DNA of 63,573 nucleotides, filler included, from Bigelowiella natans CCMP2755 (Eukaryota; Protista; Cercozoa), in NCBI GenBank assembly GCA_000320545.1. It is 6 parts of 6 records of this genome, joined end to end, with 100 filler letters (N's around TTAATTAATTAA, not from the genome) between each part and the next. Parts side by side here need not be neighbours in the genome. Positions count along the whole stretch, not along the records: positions 20,695 to 47,856 come from ADNK01002272.1; 5 more parts are not named here. One strand, 5' to 3'. The number at the start of each line of letters is the position of its first letter. Within the stretch, counting starts at the first letter, position 1. The translations under genes and the position numbers were made by a program. The notes below the pieces were generated by a model. It worked only from the letters and a program-made list of their open reading frames with translations, did no database searches and was not told where the DNA came from. Below, one piece after another: positions 24,474-38,619 of this stretch.

Positions 24474-25243
24474 TCATAAGACGGTTCCTTCGTACCATTC
24501 TAATTTTTTCTTCTTGTTAGTAACGTTTGCGTTGTAGCTCTTGATCATTTCCTTCGCTGCGTTCTCTGCTTTGTCTATCATAATGTTGACGATTGAAGGT
24601 ACGAAATGCATGAATGTGAGCTTGCTCTCGCAGATGAACGTTTCATCATCGATGGAAATCGTCGCGGAGAAAGGTTCAATACTTTCGACTACCACTTCCA
24701 GCTTGGTCGAGGGTGAAATATTCATCATTGATTCCTTTCCGAGCACGACCTCAGAGGCTTTCCGCACATGCTTCGCGGCTTCGGCCATGTGAATTTCAGG
24801 AGGGGCGACTAACACAGCAACCTTCTTACCGTTTGCGTTCGTGAGCTTGCTGTCGACCCCGACAAAGTACGTGGCGGATTTGGTATGATCCAAGTGGAGG
24901 TGGCCCTTGAAGTACCGCTTTGCTTGTTCTTGTTTGCTCACGCTCAAGATGTCACTTCTTCGGTACTCGAAAAACCTCTGCATGTTATTCAGCATGTCGG
25001 AGAGGATTTGAAACTGTCCTTTGAGCGCTGTCGCGCGCTCAGTAAACCCGGCGTCGTCCCGCTTCTCTTTCATGGCGGCACCCAGCAGCAATGGATACCT
25101 AGAGGTAGGAGATGGCATGAAGGAAGGAATGCAAATTCTAGCAAGATTCTGAACTAGCGGTGCTTGATAGCCATACTGTAACGTTAATGTTCGATTCTAG
25201 AGCCCAGCTATAGTACGAAACTACAACGGTATACATCGTAGAT

Positions 25244-25298
<55 letters not shown>

Positions 25299-26004
25299 AA
25301 TATATATTTGACACTGCCGATTAACTATGTGCTTAACAACGCATATACTTGAGGGCTCTCTGGAACTTCTTTATTCCAAGCGATTGAAAGAATGAATTGA
25401 GGAGATTGAAGTGGTGATTTGGATCTGTAGAAAGATCTTCCACTGGTTCTGGATCGACGGCAGATACCTCGTTAATTCCGCCGTTCTTAACCCACAGATT
25501 TTTGATGTTATCCATAAAGGGGCTCATTGCCACCTGTGAGAGGAAAATGCGAAAGAGGTCCAATCTCAGGGATTCGAGAGTTCTCTCGAACATTGATAGC
25601 GCGTTTCCGTCCAGCTTATCCGCGTCCTCAAGATCGTATGACATGAGTTTGGCGTGGAATGCAGCATGCTCCTTGACAAATTGCTTCTGGCTCGTAAATG
25701 CGATGAGCAGGTTGAGAGCCTCATCCGAGATGGCGGAACGTTCAAGTTCTTTCAATGAAGAAAGTATATTTTCTGCATCGCTCATGGAAGCATAAAAATG
25801 CGCCTCCGTAGTAACCAGCTCTTTCATAACGTGGGACAACTTCCCCCCTCCTTGTTGCTGAAGGGAGCTCGCTCTCATAGACATGTTCAAGCCATGGTCC
25901 ACCTCGAGTTTCCCACGCCCCGAGCTCTCTTCTCCTTTATTGAATGCAACTGCTGACACCAGCAGAGCAGTGCAAACGTGCCAGGTCACAACCGCTTTGG
26001 ACAT
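24474..26004 (-). CDS. Signal peptide + Dbl-homology (RhoGEF)-like protein, two exons (26004-25349, 25098-24474; 426 aa)
   Basis: GT-AG intron 25348-25099 joins the two ORFs in frame to give FQSLGIKKFQRALK|YPLLL (DH CR3-like). VMKELVTTEAHF is CR1-like. Hydrophobic N-terminus VCTALLVSAVA. Confidence 0.7.
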
Positions 26005-26553
26005 CGTCCTGGGGGGGATCTTGTGTTTAAAAATTTTAAATAGTTACACCGAGCTGCTTTTTTGCAAACATGAAAGAGATTTCGTTGTCGCACTAGATTG
26101 TTGTCCGTGAATATGTATATTTTACAACAGAGTCCCGATTCAAGGTAAAAAGGAATTCTTTAGCTTATCATAGTTTGGAAACCCAGGCAAAACCCTGTTT
26201 CCGAAATTTAAAAAAAATCAGAGCGAACTCGCAAGAAATGTTATTTGTTTCTGTATTGCGACAATAAATATTGAGTAAATAGTTCGGATTTTGGGGCAGT
26301 TGGTGGTCAAGCTTGCGAGCTCGGAAATTTTGGATTGTCGACAAGATCTTTTAGAACAGATTTTACAAAATCGAATTTTGGAGTAATTTACAGGGTAATT
26401 TTGTCAATATCTTTGAAATATCTTTGTCGCATAATAAAATAAGCATTTGCTCGCAGACTTGAAATAAGGACCGAAGGTCCACCCTCCCCCCCCTACCTAT
26501 CACGGGTTTTCCAGCTTAACAGAGATGATGTATTTTAACCATTGATAGATATT

Positions 26554-27878
26554 ATGAGTCGGGGATTAGGAGTGCAACTCCTTGCTGTAGGATCTCTTAC
26601 GATATGCACGATGGCCTTTCTTGGATCTCGACCCAGGTACGGTACCCCCCCCATGCACCCGTCTCTCTATTTACCTGAATATTATGAATGCCAAAGTTTG
26701 ATCGACCAAACGTCTACCTTGACAACGTCACATGTAACAAATTCAAGGATAATGAAAGCCTAGCCCCCTCGAACGACATGTTTAGTTTTCTCAGTCACTC
26801 CATCGGCATAGCACAGCCCACTACCTTCTCATTCTTGCAAAAGCAGATCTGCTAACATTTGAACATCTCCACACCGAAATTTTCACATTGAGACAGGCTA
26901 CCACCTTATGAATCGCTCCTTTGTAATACCATATCAGCACGAGCGTCCTCGGGAGTCAACGAACAACGGCCTTCCGCGCCCCCGCTCAGATGAGTGCTCG
27001 CTCCGCTCGTTTCGCCCAGCGCCAGCAGCTGCGAAATGCAGTGATTAAGAGATGGTGCACGGTAGCAGCAAACGAAGAGAAGACCCCGGCGGCAAAAGGC
27101 GCTGCTCCTGATTCCAAGCCCGAAGCAAACGTGCCCCCCCCTCCAGCAGCAAAGGTTCTCATGCTTCTTCGTATTCCTCCCTTTCCTAATATTATCTCTT
27201 CCCCCTTACAATTTTATCTCCTTGGTTGTGCAACTTACTCACGTTGCGTTCGTCCGCATGTAGGAGGGCAACTACCGAACGCTGATGAAAGTTGAACTCC
27301 CAGAATTCATCCCCAGGCCTGATTTGATGACGCAGTTCCTCCGATGGGCTTATATCGAGGTAGATGAGGGGGGGGGGGGGGGGGGGAGGGGGGGGATGCG
27401 CGACGATCGATTATAATGCTGGCTGCTACGAGTGTATGGAATGCAAATGCTGCGTTAGGATGTAGGAGGAGGGAGATATGTGTATTTTTGGAATTTTTTA
27501 CCCATTCTCTTTTGGTTTTCAATTGTCTTTGGCAATAACTCTCCAGGTTGCTGAAAACAGTAAGGCAAACTTCGGTAGTTCTTCCGCCCCAATACATTAA
27601 CATAACACATAAACACACAGATACACACATATATGTAACTCTATACATAAATAAATATATATATATATATATATATATAAATTATGTTGTTTTCACATTA
27701 GGAATCGATAACATCGACATCGAGCCGATCTATCTTGCACCCCATTGGGTAGAGCGGTACGGAGAGGACCCTAGCATGAAGGTGTTGTTCTTGAGCGATT
27801 ACTCTGAATTTCCTTTTGAGCTGCAGATAGATCAACATGTGCATACACACACGCATATATTTATAATTGTTCGTAGGA

Positions 27879-27911
<33 letters not shown>

Positions 27912-28511
27912 TACATATTAAATTTATATGATCTTGTACCAATAAATTTTAGTATTTTCATAATATTTATACATGATGCGTGGCCAAACGCAACAGAGAC
28001 GCGCCTCCTCCCTGGCAGAGTTCTCACACATATATCTTTCCCCAAAATCAATACTTCTCGCAATGCCCTGGTTGCGAGAAAGCATCTGTGACACCGCTGA
28101 GACTACTGCCTCCTGCCTTCTAGGTGGTGAACGGGTTCAAAGCGCAATTCGCTGAGGCGGAGCTCGAAGTTGTGATGGACGAAGAAGTCATTCTGGTAAT
28201 TGATCGCTATGTTTGCGTTAAGTACGGCACGATGCGTGGTGGGGTTTCTGGTGCTACAGCTAACAGCGGCTAGAAGTCAGTGTTGTACTAACAGCTCAAG
28301 CGATGAGGCGTTGTCTTTACGGAAAGGATGCTGTTTGATTTTACAATTAGTTTCTTTTTAAAACAATTAGAATCTCTGTCTGCCTCCCCCCCCCCCTCTC
28401 TCTCTTTCTCTTACACTTGCCCTTCTGATTTCGGCATTACCTGCCTTTCTCATTTCTCATTTTTTAGTTTTAAACTAGAAAAGCTAATGCTTATTGTGCT
28501 GTGTTTGTGAT

Positions 28512-28558
<47 letters not shown>

Positions 28559-28721
28559 AACAGGGTTATGACTATCTTGGAATGGATGAAAACGGTTTTC
28601 CAGAAAAACGAGGAGACTCGTTCGAGGTACAAATAAAAGTAGCAGTAGTATTAGTTGTAGTAATTGTAGTTAGTAGTAGTGATAGGAGATCTTGCGACAA
28701 AGTTTAGGGCTTTGGTACTGC

Positions 28722-28760
<39 letters not shown>

Positions 28761-29516
28761 TCTGTAAAGAGAGTGTTTGCTTGCTTTATATTTCTTCTCC
28801 ATCTTGACTTAGAACTGGGTATAATTGGGTGTTTCCTGGTTTCGTCCAACCTCCACTTCCTAATCCATGATTGTAACTTGAAATACATCCCGCCCCGCCC
28901 CCTCCTCTCTTCCCTACACAAACCCTCGGCGGTCATTGCGCATAGATTCTTGGGAAATTCCTCGAAGTCCGTCGTGTTGGAACGAATCCAGTCTCGGAGA
29001 AAACAGCTAATGCTATCAGGTAGCAATACTTCGTGCTATGAATGCTAATCGCAACACGTATATATCTCTTCGTATTACCGTAAAACTACGCACACGCACA
29101 CGCACACGCACACACACACATAGAGAGCGAGAGAGAGGGAGATAATAACAGCATTCGTTACTACACTATTCAGGACGTTTGGCAAGCATCTAAACACCGC
29201 ATTCGACAAGTACGTAACAGTAACACAGCGGGGAGAGACCGGAGGGGCGAAGTAGAGAGAGCATTTGCATATCGAACGAGAGGCGAGCAATGCATGTGCG
29301 ACACATATGATGCGAAGGTGAAAGGAAGCAGAGCAATGGCGGTGGGGGTAGAACATTTTATTTTCCTTTAGGAATAATCAACCCTGGCAACTGATAAATA
29401 TAAAAACAGTGCCCATTCGTAGACAAATATAGCTGGTCTTTGACTGATGATACGATAATGTGTGTCTTTACAGATATTATGCCTTTGGCTCCATCTATTC
29501 CGACGATGCGACGTGA
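26554..29516 (+). CDS. Plastid-targeted protein of unknown function, multi-exon
   Basis: Signal peptide (MSRGLGVQLLAVGSLTICTMAFLG) and Arg/Ala-rich transit-like segment; exons ELPEFIPRPDLMTQFLRWAYIE, LEVVMDEEV, GYDYLGMDENGFP, ending YYAFGSIYSDDAT*. Confidence 0.75.
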
Positions 29517-29699
29517 TTAGATGTGTGTTCGCATGCACAATCTCGATGAGTTTAGCTGAACCATTTTGTAACTGTTGATTTCATCATGAAACAAACTATT
29601 TGGGTAAACTACAATGTGTGCTGTCTCCGATGTGTCATCACTAGATCATTATATGTAGCAATAGTTCATCGTAGCAAATTGATTTTAGCTATGCATGAT

Positions 29700-31760
29700 G
29701 TGGTAGCATCTGAAAAACTCGAGGGCATGTCACTTTCGCGCATGTTTGCGAATCTCAATTTTGTTTATGCGCGCGATGCTGGCATGAATGCAGACAATGT
29801 GCATGAACGCAAATTCAGATTGTGCAGCACTGTCCATGCCATGTTCTAGTGCTTGTTAGCATGGATGCATGAACGTGCGACATTCAGAATAACCGGTAGC
29901 AGAGTCAAAGAGCTAAAAGGTGTGAAGGTAGATCTAGAGATGCGCATGGTGCGAGCCCAAGAAGCTGCACATGCTAGCTAGCTAGCTAGCTAGCATGCAC
30001 AGCTAGCATGCACAAACAGGTCATAAATCTCTACATCTGCATGTGAGCTGTGCTAGCTCAAACACGCTCAGAACCATGAACAAGGCCACAAATCAGTTTG
30101 GTGCCATGCCAGCATGCCACAGCACTAGAGTGTGGACGACATTGTGAAGGCGGCTGTACAGCAACTTCCCAGCAAACCGAGCTAGCTAAAACTAGCGAAA
30201 CAAAGAAATTTCGTACGGCTCTCCCACTCTTCAACACTTAGCTTGCTTGCTAGCTAGATAGCTCATCTCCCCACGTGCACAAAGTCATCACGATAGTGCG
30301 AGCTACGGTTGATCATGTGACCATGTTGACGGCGTGTGGACGGACACATTCAAGTTGCTTCACTAACCACATTCAATGCGCGTCACTTTGGAGACCATTA
30401 GACTCTCACTAGTTTTGCCACTAAATGCACCTGTAGTAGCCTAGCTAGCTAGCTAGCTAGACACATCATGCTCAAGATACACGTGGCAACGTTGCATGAT
30501 GGTCGACAACATCGCGATGTTCTAGCGTTCGGGGGCTCATTTCACGTGGACAATGTGCACATTCAATGACATCAGAACATTGCACATCTAGACATGCATT
30601 GCAAAAATGTGCGCCATGTTGCATGCATCACACCACATGAACACTCTAGCCGCTCTAGCGCTGCTCTGCAAAGCTACGTCAGAACGATGGCCCTAGCCGT
30701 CAATCCGCATAGCATTAGGATGACTATCAAGTAGTTTTAATGAGATCGTTGTGTAAATCCGTCTCATTTAGTCATGTCACTCTGTTTCATGGAATGCTCT
30801 CATGTGTCTAGTGAAGGAGAGCACAACAAACACAGATGCATGCAACTAGACAATGCAGCAAAAGTGCATTTTGGAGTTTCAAAGTGAATGCAAGCGGTTG
30901 CCCAGGAGATGTAGATGGCGAGGGGTTGGTGATAACAACAAACTCTTTAGTGGACTTTTTCTTTTTCTGAACATCGGCTACGCACAGAAAGTTTGACCAC
31001 GGAGCATGCAGAGCGGCGAGTTGAGAATGCCTTGAAGGAGTCGACTCACCTTTGCCATCAAAACCTTTAGCATTTGTTCGCAAAGAGCATTGCGTTCTTT
31101 TTCCGACACATCGGAAAGACTTCAATTGTGGAATTTCGAAGACGACGACGACCCATGCCGCATGGCACGAATGTGAAATTTGCAAATGGCAGAGCCCCAC
31201 TTAATTCTCTGTCTTTCCCTGCAAAAATTGGCCTCACGGTATCCTCATTTTTTATGTGACCATCAATTCCAGCACCACCTTTGCACAAACACTCATGAGC
31301 CCTTTTTTTGCTGGAAGGAACACACATTTATCTCTCTCACCTTGAATGGACACTTTCTCTCGCGGCACGTCGCTAGCGTTCATGTGAATGTGTGGACATT
31401 TGTGTTCACTAGTTGAGCACAAAACGTTTCAGAACTGAACGCTAATGCTGTGTTCAACGCAATGAACATGCACACATGCGCTTTCATTTAGTCGTTTCAT
31501 TCCAATGCAGTTCCAGTGTGTGGCAAATGTGCAAAAATCGTTCTGATTCGGGTTTTGCGATGACAATTCAATGCTAGCTCTAGAGCTCGCGAGATTGCGA
31601 GATCAAAAAGAATATCGATCGATCGATCTGGCTCATCTTCAGGGTAGTTCTTGACGCGCAGCATCCCAGCATGCCAGCATGATGCATGGACCGTGCTAGC
31701 GTGCTGAGCTAGCTGATAGTAAGAGCGTGCTAGCGTGCCGAACTAGCAAATGCAAATTTT
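29700..31760. other. TpA-depleted island 4 with (GCTA)n arrays
   Basis: (GCTA)n runs at ~29973 and ~30440; residual TA mostly CTAG/TAG/CTA; TGCA/CATG excess. Confidence 0.8.
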
Positions 31761-31799
31761 GTTCAATACGCCGAAATGGATCCCGATGAGTATGACGAT

Positions 31800-34700
31800 G
31801 CCATTTAGATATCATAACGGTGCAAACTACTTGGTTCAAAACTTACACTTTGACCCCTTAGCATCCAAAAACACTCTTCACACAGCTCTTCACAATGGTA
31901 CGTGCAAATGGTATAAACGACAATGTGTACCATGTCATGGCAGCCATTTGGAAAATCATGCAAGCTATTACAGCGCCAATCCTTTCGCCACTCGAATAAT
32001 CATCCGACTGATAAAATGCCGCGAACAACTGAAGAATATCAACTTGTCTTAGGAATGAACTATAATGTAGAGAAGTATGATTGTGTTACAGACAATCACT
32101 AAAACATGGTGCAGATGGTAACCGTGAGAGCCATGGCGACAAAATACATGCAGGTTGCAAAGAGCCTGTGACATGCAACCATAGACTTCAATTGGGCACA
32201 CGGTCCCCATAAAAAACAGGAGCTGAAAATTGCTATCAAGTTTCCTAAAAGTATTAAGTTTAAATCTTTTCATCAGATCAGCAACCGTTTTTGCAAGTGT
32301 GGAAAACTATGTTTTGAGGGAATCTGGTTGAAACTAGAGCAAAGGATGTCAAATATTGAAATTTAATGTTGATATTCAAAATTATGTTTCACCTAACGTG
32401 TAAAATATAGCAAATCCAGATGCGCCTGTTTCAAGTTTAACATACAACCTATATTGGTTTTTGTTTCGCAAAACTCACATATTATCTCTATTTATAAATA
32501 CCGATGATGCAGTTGGATTCTAGCGTGATATGATGAATATAAATTTACCTGCGGTGGTGTCAATTCTAGGAAGAAATGCTGCCGACAAGAATGAAGTCAC
32601 CCAACCAGCGACGAAACATACTAGTTTATCCAAATTATACAAGATCGATCGTTAGAAAAGTCACAATTGGAACATGTTGGTTAGATTTATAAGCAAAACC
32701 TCCAAATCCGATCAGTCGCTGAGTGTATGTCCTACAGGTCAATACAACGTATCACTCTAATATCAGTATTTATGATTATGACGCTTAATCCTCCACTACA
32801 ATTCCATCGAATGCAATGAAATACTAACAAGCTAGGAAGAGCCTCCTCAAATTCCTTTAGGAAGCTTTTTTCTTCGTCTTCGCCATTGAGCCATGCAAAC
32901 ATTCCGGAGGGCATAATCTCTTGAGGAAACAATAAGATTTATTGTGAGAAGGTTCACTGTATGAAAACGGGGCATTTACCCTAGATTTTTCAACCATCAG
33001 TTGTCGTTACATGATAAATTACTGAGAGACTCACTGGATTGTTTTTTGTAAAACAGGCTCTAATGATGAGCTTTGTTGCTAGTGTAAAAAAAGGCACTTT
33101 AAGAACAGCGACTTTTAATTATGAATGAAATAAGGACCTATTACCTATAAATCGAGTATAATTTAATATTTTAATAAAGCGACAATATTTTCTGTTTGGC
33201 GAACTATCAAAAGGCAGAAGAACAAGGCTTCTGCGCACTCGCACTGACCAATTTTACATTCAGGATTTAGTAGTCACATTCGTCAAATCCAAGGTATGAA
33301 CATATGTCGCAGCATATAAATGGCATATGATGTTCTAAAGAAATTCACTGTTGCCACAAAAATGCTCCATTCGACCATCAAAAATTGGACCATTGTGGCT
33401 ATTTTTAAGAGGTAGATTTCCTTGAAAATCTGCGCGATTCTTAAACTACGACAATAAGCTTTACCTATAGATTCGATGAACATAAATGTCCCCCCCCTGG
33501 ACGCTTGAACAAAAAATGGATTTGAAGTTTATTAACTGGTAGTAACCTTGCTAAGATCTCTCAGATTATGGAGAGTGGAGACCAAAATGACACAACTTGA
33601 TCTCAGATTCCCATTCTTAGGAGACTGAGCCGAGCTGCGCCGGAACAAAGTAGAGTTCAAGTTGAGGGTGCTCTTGGTTCTACAATGATCTCATCCTCTC
33701 CCCCGTTGACACCTAACAACGACGATACTGTGATTCCAAAAGTACTTCGAGCCTATATTCACGGAGTTGGGCAGAAGGTAACTGAATATACATTTTGTAT
33801 CCAAGTATTACATTTAATTGAGACACTCTTTCTCCGCAATGTAACACCTTACATTAGGCGGATTGTATGGGAAGCTACACGGTTTACATCATAAACATAT
33901 ATTGTGATGGGGACTCCTACCAGGTGGAAAGACGTTACAGCGAGTTTCATGCCTTGAACGTTAAGGTCACTAGAAGCATTAGATGGAATTATCGAGCTAG
34001 TGTGTGATATCAATTTTGTTAGATTCGTACAGTTAGCCCTGATTGCTCCAGCGATTACAAGTTCCCCCCAAAAGCGGTCTAATATTTTTCATGATTGTCT
34101 TTCTGTGGAAACTAATCCTACATTTTTGAAGCTGGTAACCTTTCGGAATCGGAGAAGCATCATCAGGGTTTAGAGCCTAATTTCTATGCACGTTAAATAT
34201 CCTTTCCTATAGTTGTGTAGTAGTTGTGTAATATATGTGGGTACACAACTATATCCATTGGCTCTCCGGTGAAGGAAAATGAAATTAACGAATTCTTATT
34301 AGACTTGTTTTTAGTTACGAGTCGCAGCTTTAAATGGGTGCTTAGATGTATGGACAAATGACACAGAGGTAAAATAAGAAATTAATTGTAATAAAACAAT
34401 TTTACAATAAATCTTATATAAAGGTTAAAAACTCAAAGCTTATTCATGAGTTCCTACAAATTCCGTTAAAAGGAATTAGTACTCGGTAGTCATATTTTTG
34501 TCAGCGACTTCATTCTCAAAGAAACTTCCTTGTAAATGCGCAGGAATAAACCATTTTTTCGTAGTCGTCGAGTAAGTTCCTACAATCCCTATAGAAAAAG
34601 CTCTGCAACATCGAGTCGAAGTGAGCTACCGAATCCCCTAGCGAAAACACCTTTGCTATCTGCTCCACAAATAGTCGATAGAAAGGATTCACGAGAATCT

Positions 34701-35050
34701 CAAATTGGTATTCTTTCAGCCGAGTATTTTCATTCAAATGCCTGTTGAATCCGAACGTAACTTGAATTGCTGTATCAAATTGTTAGTCAGCAGTACAAGT
34801 CCATATTCTACGATGGCTGTGTTTTCAAACAATTCTGACACGAGCGGCAGTGATACATTTTTAGCGGCATCCGAACAAAGTATTATCGTATTTAGACATT
34901 TGCAAGATCCGTGCCCTCGCATTGAATTGATTGATGAGCATTTTAATATCATACAATAGTCGTGAGAAAGGTTGAAAGACAAGATTGCTCTGAAAAAAAA
35001 GTACCCTCTTCTCTGAACAAAGTAAACCATCAAGACGAGTTAAGGCCGAG
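31800..35050 (-). CDS. Possible AT-rich multi-exon gene or pseudogene of unknown function
   Basis: Several open protein-like segments on the minus strand (e.g. 34516-34737, 34734-35033, 32732-32932); no recognisable domain and splicing unresolved. Confidence 0.25.
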
Positions 35051-36251
35051 AAAAACTACGTCACCATTTTTAAGTCCCCCGTCAAGAGACCCGCATTCAT
35101 TATCGCGCAGTTTAAATCAAAAAGCGTTAAAAGTTGGTACTGAATAACCAATAATAATAATATAATATCAGATTCTAGTCTGTTATTTTTGAAAATTTTC
35201 ATTTGCATTTGCTTCTATAGTCCTCGAGGAGTAGGATCTGGGTTTTTAAATGCGGTATGGTGTCCACACAGCTCGCGCTTCATATCGCCATTTTACTCAC
35301 TTCACATAAATCTCTAATTCACAAGCCATATCTCGAGATATCATTTTCGTTTCTCTTTGCCTCTATCAGCCAACCGAACGTAGAGTACGGGCGCAAAGAC
35401 AGACGACCGCTTCGTGTCGGAAGCAGTGCCATGTCCCTTTAATCTAAACAATACTGGAGTCAACTTCACATTCGTGGATATATCGCAGCACGTCGATTTA
35501 CCACGCTGGCCCTGGATTAGAATTTGCCTCAGCAGTAGCAGGAAGCATTGGACACGCCGTGTGCATAAAGGGATAAACGCTGTAGGCATATTTATCCTAA
35601 CGGCAGAGGATATATGACATGTGTGAAAGACTTGTGGAGTGTAGCGTAGCATGTGTGTACAGCAGGCAATAATACGAATTACAATTGCATGAATATATAC
35701 TAGCACATGACATGTATGGCTTACAAAAACTCCACAGACTGGGCACTTCTGCACTTGTACACATCACAGACACATCAACGCTATTTACGGCTACACATTG
35801 TGGGAAAGACAATGTGAACATGTAGCTGTGAGCGATGTTTTCACGCTGATTAGTAATTGAGCTGGTCACATTATCGTAGCTAGGTAGGCCTAGAAAGTGA
35901 CAAAGGTGCCCGAAAGAGTTTTGTGCGTGTGTGTGTACTGGGGCGCATGCGATGTGCCATCTAAAATGAACATGCGATTCGCGTTATGACCTTCATATTC
36001 ATCATCGTACGTGCCATCTTTGCATGTGTGAGATCGAGCTAAGTGCTGTCTAAATGAAGAGCAACAATAAACTCTGTTTGAACTATCCCCAATCCAGGCG
36101 ACAGTAGAACTAGCTAGCTAGAGAAGCCTCTTGTTACAGCCTTCACTAGCGACACTGCGCTACACTGGCTAGCTGGCATCAGCGCATGCACTCGCCGATT
36201 TCGCATGTACACCATCAGCAAAATGCACATACGGATGAAAAGACGGGCCAA

Positions 36252-38184
36252 TCACATGAATTTCACGTTGGCATCAACACTCAGTCGCTTTTTGAAGCGC
36301 TTTGAAGAGACGAGGGACGTGCCTGTACGCAGCAGCATGTCCTGCATCTCCGCCGCACGCTCTCCCAGCGAGAAGTGCAAGGGGACCTGCACGTGCCGCA
36401 AGAAGAGAAAAGAGATGACGAAGAAACCGAAGTTAACCAGAGCGCCCAGATCCTTGATGAAATCGGTAATCGTGTACACGCGAACGACCTTGACACCATA
36501 GATAGAAGTCTCTAGATCTTCCGGCTCGAGCATTATCGTGTTCCAATTTCGACGAAACTGGCCTGTCAGGTTTGAGATCGTCTCGTTCTGGCGCAGGTCC
36601 AGAAGCTCCCCGTATAACGGCCCCGCGAAGGCGCTCAGCTGCGTGAAAAAGCCGCGTATCTTCACCTGATATATGCGTGGGAGGGGGGCAGATGCAAAAG
36701 CTCATTGTTCGTGTAGCACGCCCGTGCAGGGTAACAGCGCTAAATTAGCGTTTATTTGGAACCGCGCACCTTTTGGTCGACGCCGATTCTCGAAAACGTT
36801 TGTGCGCGGTAAATGCCGTTGTTCATTCGTATGTACGTCCTATCGACACGATCCGGCGAGTCTGAATTATGGAGCTGTGCAGCGATCTTGTCCTTATCCC
36901 CGAAGAACGCGTCTAAGGCGTAGCAGGACATGCGCCCGTTGTACTCCTCGTACGCATCTGATCGAGCCATTGCCACCATTCAGCACCACAAAGCGACGAG
37001 GGTTTATTTAAAGTGAGATCAGAACAGCAAGGGGTACTTACTTAATGGAGGAACAATCAAAGACATCTTAGGAACAACGCATTACTATTCGTGCAAGCTA
37101 CCTACCCTCGTTATCGCCGAGGCCGTCTCGCACTACGTCCGGCATGAGCGAATACCCAGCCGACGTGTAGTTGAAGTAGTACTCCGGCTCCGAGGAGTTC
37201 CAGGGCTGCTTCTGCGGCGTCTTCGTCGCAGCTTTCCAATCAACCCACATGAAAAAATACGGCTCGGCTGTCTTATTCATCCGCTGTCTTGTCGCCGGGA
37301 GGCTGTAGAGGCCGTTGTCAAACGGATCCACCGTCCAACAGCGCTTTCCTGTCTCAGGATACACCTGCGGCCTCGCCACAACGTACTCGGATACTTTCGG
37401 AAACGTCCTGACGAGCGGCGGCTGGCATGGCACGTCCGGCGCGTAGGTCCTGCGCAGGTGAAGATTCTGGCAAATTACGAGGTCGAAGTGGATGTACGGG
37501 TCGCCGTAGTGCACCGCGTACACGTCCTCCTTCAATGAGCGGTCGTCGAGCTGCTGTGAGAGCAGCACAGCGAGCGCGATGAGCCCGCCGGCCGTTCCCG
37601 CGACGACGGCGATGAAGAACGCCCATTCCTTCCAGGAGTCGAACGTCACTAAGGTTCGGAACAGTGATGGCCTGCATGACAATAGACATACGTATATATT
37701 ATATAATTGTATTATATATTATATATATCATATGTACTGTGTCTATAGTCATGGATAAACAGCACAACGCAGCCAAGCGTCGATGAATGCAAGCAAGGCA
37801 GCGTTTGACCGCAGAAATCAATTAGTAATCCCTCCTTGTTCCCCCCCCCCCCTCCCCCCACCCCCAACCTTCTGTTGCTTAAATATGTGTACTGTACCTC
37901 TCCCTCTTGGTGATTTCTAGATTGCCCGAGCGATGATAGTCCTGAGGAGACTCCCCAACCAAGCCCAGCGAGTGCTCGTTCCGTTTCATTTGTAACTGCT
38001 GAACAGTCATCTTTAGGTTTCGTATCTCCCTCATCATCGTCTTTAGAACTTCCTCTCTGCTCTCTTCAGAGCCCCTCTGCGTCTGCATCATTTCCACGCG
38101 CTCGTATTGCTGCTGGGATTTGTCAGTAGAAGATTCCCTCTTCTCGTCGCCAATGGAATGATCCATTTTCACGTACGAATGCAT
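36252..38184 (-). CDS. Two-TM membrane protein with large extracellular loop (DEG/ENaC/P2X-like topology)
   Basis: About four exons. TM1 WAFFIAVVAGTAGGLIALAVLL, then FDLVICQN; pre-TM2/TM2 VRVYTITDFIKDLGALVNFGFFVISFLF; cytosolic N-terminal coiled coil. Confidence 0.6.
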
Positions 38185-38619
38185 GGCAATGCCTTTGTGT
38201 TTCGCGATTCCGCTTGGATTATCTGCCGCCGCTAGTTGAGTTCGGTGAGTTTGGCGGGCACGAGAGTGCGGGTGAGGTACATTGAACTTAGCATTGATGC
38301 AAAATCTGCATGCGGAAACAGAAGGATATCACCATGGCGATCGGGTGAAAGCTGGAGCCCGTTCATCGCGTTGATATTTTCTCTCCAATTTTATTTATGA
38401 GTTTCAGTTCAATTATTGCACCTTCCGGGTTGTCGCAATGCTCAAACGCCTTTTGACGAAACAGTTGACACCTACATCTTGCGCCGAAATTTCCCTTTTG
38501 GATCTCATTAATGATGCATGCGACATCCTGTGAATTTATGCTAGGTTCATCAAAAATCCTTGTCGCATGGAAGAAATGTAACCGTTTTTGGGATTGTTGA
38601 TCGCGAAGCTTTCCTCTTC

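Noticed and set aside
21632-24520. Dense overlapping ORFs on both strands suggesting a compact viral genome
   Set aside because: Explained by loss of TAA/TAG stops through TpA depletion; the products are His/Cys-rich nonsense.
31067-31327. NFTFVPCGMGRRR resembling a cytochrome P450 heme motif
   Set aside because: No heme Cys-x-Gly and no other P450 motifs nearby; lies in mutated island DNA.
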